From NCBI GenBank assembly GCA_050613775.1, contig JBODTK010000128.1:310001-374000 (forward strand): a DNA stretch of 64,000 bases. The letters are read 5' to 3'. How positions within the stretch are numbered: the first letter of the stretch is position 1; each line of letters starts with the position of its first letter. This stretch comes from Neocallimastix sp. 'constans'. Taxonomy: Eukaryota. Of the stretch, positions 56,400 through 64,000 are shown piece after piece. The translations under genes were made by a program, and so were the position numbers. The notes under the pieces are model-generated. The model worked only from the letters and a program-made list of their open reading frames with translations, searched no databases and had not been told where the DNA came from.

Positions 56400-56895
56400 A
56401 TTTTATAATAATTCATATTAAAATTTTATTTTAAATCTTTATTATTATTGTTAAATAATACATTCTTTAATAAACATAATCATTTAAACTATTTTCAAGT
56501 GCTTTATTATTATTGTATAGTTATTTATTGTTTTATTATGTTATATATTATGTTTATTTGATTTTGTAATAAAAAAAATTATTTAATCCTTTAATAATTA
56601 TATAATAAATTTTCATTTTTGTACATAATAAATATAAATTTGTATTTTATAATAATTCATATTAAAATTTTATTTTAAATCTTTATTATTATTGTTAAAT
56701 AATACATTCTTTAATAAACATAATCATTTAAACTATTTTCAAGTGCTTTATTATTATTGTATAGTTATTTATTGTTTTATTATGTTATTGTTATTATGTT
56801 ATGTTTATTTGATTTTGTAATAAAAAAAATTATTTAATCCTGTAATAATTATATAATAAATTTTCATTTTTGTACAAAATAAATATAAATTAGTA
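56400..56895. repeat. ~245-bp tandem duplication
   Basis: ATTTTATAATAATTCATATT...TTCAAGTGCTTT...TTTGTACA occurs twice. Confidence 0.85.
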
Positions 56896-57477
56896 TTTTT
56901 TTTTTTTTTTTTTTTTTTTCTTTTTTTTTGGTAATTATTTTTATTGACTAAACAAATACATAATCTATATATATTTATTTCATTTTATATCCTGTATATA
57001 TTATTATTTTTATTAATTTATTAAAATAAATTTGGTATAAATAATTATTAAAATATACCAAAAACTACAGTCAAACTATAATAAATTATAATATGTATAT
57101 ATATTTAAATATTACATAAAAATAAAAAAAAAAAAAAAATAAAAAAAAAAAAAAAAGTTCAAATATCATATGATTGTAATGATGGTAAAAAGTATTATAT
57201 ATCAAATATTATGATTATAAATGATGGTTAATCCGTATCATATATAAGTTTTAATAATAATAAAATGAAATAATAATATATTATAAAAAAATGAATAATT
57301 TATTAATTTGTTAAAATAAAAATTTATTTATTTATATTTTTATTTACTTATTTACTTATTTACTTATTTTTTAAATATTTAAAAATTTTATTCTCTCTAT
57401 TAAATAATCCATTCTTATTGTAATTGAAAATATATATATATATATATTAATAATAATTATGAAAATATATATGAAAA

Positions 57478-57513
<36 letters not shown>

Positions 57514-57527
57514 AAATAGAAAAAGCA

Positions 57528-60568
<3,041 letters not shown>

Positions 60569-60613
60569 TTCAATTAAAATGTGTATAATATGTAAAAAAA
60601 AAAAAATTAATAA

Positions 60614-60675
<62 letters not shown>

Positions 60676-61799
60676 TGTTAAACTATATTAAATATATTGA
60701 TTAAAAATATTTATATTTTGATCATATATTAACATTTTCCAAAAAATAAAATCAAATATAAAATTTTTAATATATTAATATATCATAAAAAATTTTTTTT
60801 ATGTATGTTATATGATAATTATGGAAATTTTCCACTAGGTATAATACAATTATTATTATTGTTTCATGTAATTATACAAATGATATTAAATTAAAAAAGT
60901 TTAATTATACTGTATAGAAGTTTTTAACTTCAAATAACAATTTTTTTCCTTTTTTTTAATCTTTTATAGGCATTATTTCATTTAGACATTATTAATAGAA
61001 TTTTTCTTTGTTATTACTTTTTATTATTCGGTATTATAAAAATCATTATGGTATATATTATTATATATGATTTATTATTTATTTTTTAAAGAAAATAGAA
61101 ATTATTTTTTATATTTTTTTATCATATTTTCTAATCATAAAAGACTGGTATTACTTAGGTTTTTTAAAGAATTAATGATTCCTTTTGATGAAGCTTGTTT
61201 AGAAATCTCTATTAAATTCACAAATTTAGACAAATTTAAGATAGGATATAAATAGAACGAAAAAGAGTAAATCCTGAAAAAAAGCATTTAATTTACCTCT
61301 TAAATTAAATATTATTTTTATAATAATTTGAGTAAATAATATATATATGTATATATATATTATGTAAAAAAAGAAGAAGGAAAAATAAAAAAAAAAAAGA
61401 AAATATTAAAACTTCAAATATCAACAATTAATCCAACAATTAATATATATTTTTATTATATATATGATAAAAATAAAATAAAAAATAATTATTAAAAAAA
61501 TAAATGCATTGTTTTAGATAAAAAAAGTTTAAAAATTATTGAATAATAAAAAAAAAATAATATATATATTTTTGTATTAAAAACGACTTCAAAATAAATA
61601 AAAAATTTTTTAAAATAAAAGTTTTAAATATATAATTATATATTTTTTATGTGAATGCTTTAGTTTAAAAATGTAGATTTTTTAATTAGATACATATGTG
61701 TAATACAAATTAAGATTTATTTAAAATTACTTTCCAATTAATGAACTTCAATTTCTAATAAAAATTAATTTTTAACTTTTTTATTTTTTATTTATTTTT

Positions 61800-64000
61800 C
61801 TAAAAAATAATATATATATTAATTTTGTAAAGATTAATATAAATAAATATTAGAATATGGTTGTCATTTGAAGAAATATCATAATAATCTGTGTTGTAAT
61901 TTTGAATTATTATTGTTATTATTCGATAAAAAAATCTTACTACTAAAATTTTCATTATTTTTTGAAAAACTTTTAAGATCTTTAGTTTCATTAGAAAATT
62001 TATTATTTTTATGTATATCTTTGATATTGTTATTATGATCCGTTATTTATTATCTAAATGTAAAAGTGAAGAATTATTTAAAAAATTTTCACATTTAATT
62101 AAAAAAAGTATTATTTGAATTATCGTTTGCTTTAATATTTGATGAACTAGGTTTTGATGTTTTTATTTTGACTAATAACGTTTCTTGAATTTTTGATTCA
62201 ATTTTTGAAAAATTTTTGTTAAAAATTTTTTTTTTTTTTTTTTTTCAAAATTGAAATTTTCATCATTTTCATCGATTTTTTCTTTGTCTATGTTTTTAAC
62301 AGGAAGAATACTTACAATACCAGGATCCATTGGGAGATTTTTATCATTTAAACTTGTATCATTTTCTTCTTTCAATTCAGAACTGTCAGTTTTATTATCA
62401 ATAGAATTTATATTATTGACAGGTAATCATGTAATATTTTTTCCTAAAAATTATTAATTTTATTAATATTTTCTTTTAAAATAAAATTTTAATTTCGCTA
62501 TTATTAATTTCGAAATTATTTTGAATAAAAAATTAATTCCATTTGAATTAATTTCTTCATTAAAATTATTGTTTTTTTTTTTTTTTTTTTGAATTTCATT
62601 ATTTTCAATTGTTGTATTTTGAGAAATTATTATTATATCATTTATATTATTATTTTCAATTAAACTCTCATTTGCATTATATTTTTCATTTAAATTATTA
62701 TCGTTCAAATTATTACTATTTTCATTGTCAATTTTATTATTGTCTTCATTTAAAATATTATCCTCACTTAAATTGTTATCTACATTAATGCCATTATCTT
62801 CTTTAATGTTAATATTTTCTCTTATATTATTATCTTCATTTATGTTATTATTATTGTTAAAATTTTATTTTCATTTAAATAATTACTGTCATTAGTATTA
62901 TTATTATCATTTAAATTTTTATTTCTGATGTTTTCTCTATTAATGCCCATTTCCATAAAAGAGAAATAAGGATCTTGAAAACTATTGCTTATATATTCAA
63001 AGTTTTCTGTTTTTTCTTCAATAAATTCTATATGGTTAATATAGTTTATCTTTTTATGTTCTGTATCCATAATAATATAAAAATATTAATTTTTTCAGTT
63101 TTTCTATATATTTCTGGGCAATAAGTAAGAAAAGATACCTTTTTGATGCTATTTTCATACAATACTTATTTACAATTTTGTTTTTATATTCTTTTTCCTC
63201 CTTCAGATTTAAATATTTTATTGTATAATCCTTTGAATTAATTATTTAAATGAGTTAAGAACTCTATTATTATATCAGGAGCTTCAGCTTTTGACTTGAG
63301 TATAAATATCCAGACTTTTCTTGAGAATTCATTCATCATTCTGAAGAAGTATTTCTTATTATAAGTGAATAAGTTATACGGTCTCGAAATGTCTAAATGT
63401 ATTATTTCTATGAGGCCTTTCTTCTTTGGTGTTTTTTCTTTGTGAGATCAACTCTTCATCATAGAAAATATTCAGTTTATGCATGGAAGGGCTTTAATAT
63501 TATGTAGTTCTAGGTATTTTGATATATTACTTTGGTAAAAATGACCTAATCATCTGTGCTTTATTTCAATTAAAGTTTCTTGAATAGAGTTTCTTAAATT
63601 TATTAAATAATTTAATAATTTCTTTTCTTTTTGTTGGTTTTACCTCTCTCTGTTGTTATTATTTTGATTTTTAATATTATTATCTCTGTTATTGAAATTG
63701 AAATATTATTCTTTTGTGGAATATCCGTTCATATCCCATATGTGACTGTAACTTTTATTATCCTTCTCATATATATATTTATTTTTTGTTATTGTTATTG
63801 AAGTTATAAGGCTTTTACTTTAATTCTGGAGTTCTTTTCCTTTTGCTAAAAATAATAAAAAAAAAATATCCAAAAAAATTATCATAATCTTTTTTTTCTT
63901 TAGAATCATCTCAATTTTCAACATTATGATCCTTCATCGAAAATATTTTTATAAAATTGAAGTATGGTAGGCAATAATTTTAATATTTTATCAACAGTAG
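61800..64000 (-). pseudogene. Decayed Ty1/Copia pol (GAG-pre-integrase, integrase core and downstream linker)
   Basis: Minus strand reads HR*LGHF...CIN* (63558 downward), LIEIIHLDISRPY...KKYFFRMMNEFSRKVWIFILKSKAEA, and KGIF...YIIMDTEHKKINYINHIEFIE. Stops, frameshifts and deletions are present. The left boundary is approximate. Confidence 0.8.

Overview
Extremely AT-rich eukaryotic DNA with GT-AG introns. Composition, gene style and repeat content suggest an anaerobic gut fungus (Neocallimastigomycota); this is an inference. Five host genes are supportable: an intronless, motif-divergent MFS sugar porter (7186-8565 +), a 2-exon FoxJ2/3-like forkhead factor (24302-26812 +), a 2-exon type I membrane protein with a C-terminal SH3 domain (44548-46317 +), a small ubiquitin-like ORF (52816-53181 -), and an 11-exon DNMT2/TRDMT1 tRNA methyltransferase missed by the ORF track (57528-60568 -). 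The rest is AT desert and nested mobile DNA: a Ty3/Gypsy 3' end with LTR, two decayed Copia elements, a Mutator transposase fragment, many Mutator-like MITEs, and a ~5 kb foldback element carrying (ATTTT)n arrays. The most interesting signal is a non-LTR retroelement set. A tRNA-headed, CCA-containing, poly(T)-tailed SINE shares one target site (three TSD copies) with a second poly(A)-tailed insertion, and shares a ~30-bp core with three other retro-fragments, one of them a LINE-like ORF C-terminus. Most FILFY-type ORFs in the track are microsatellite artefacts.
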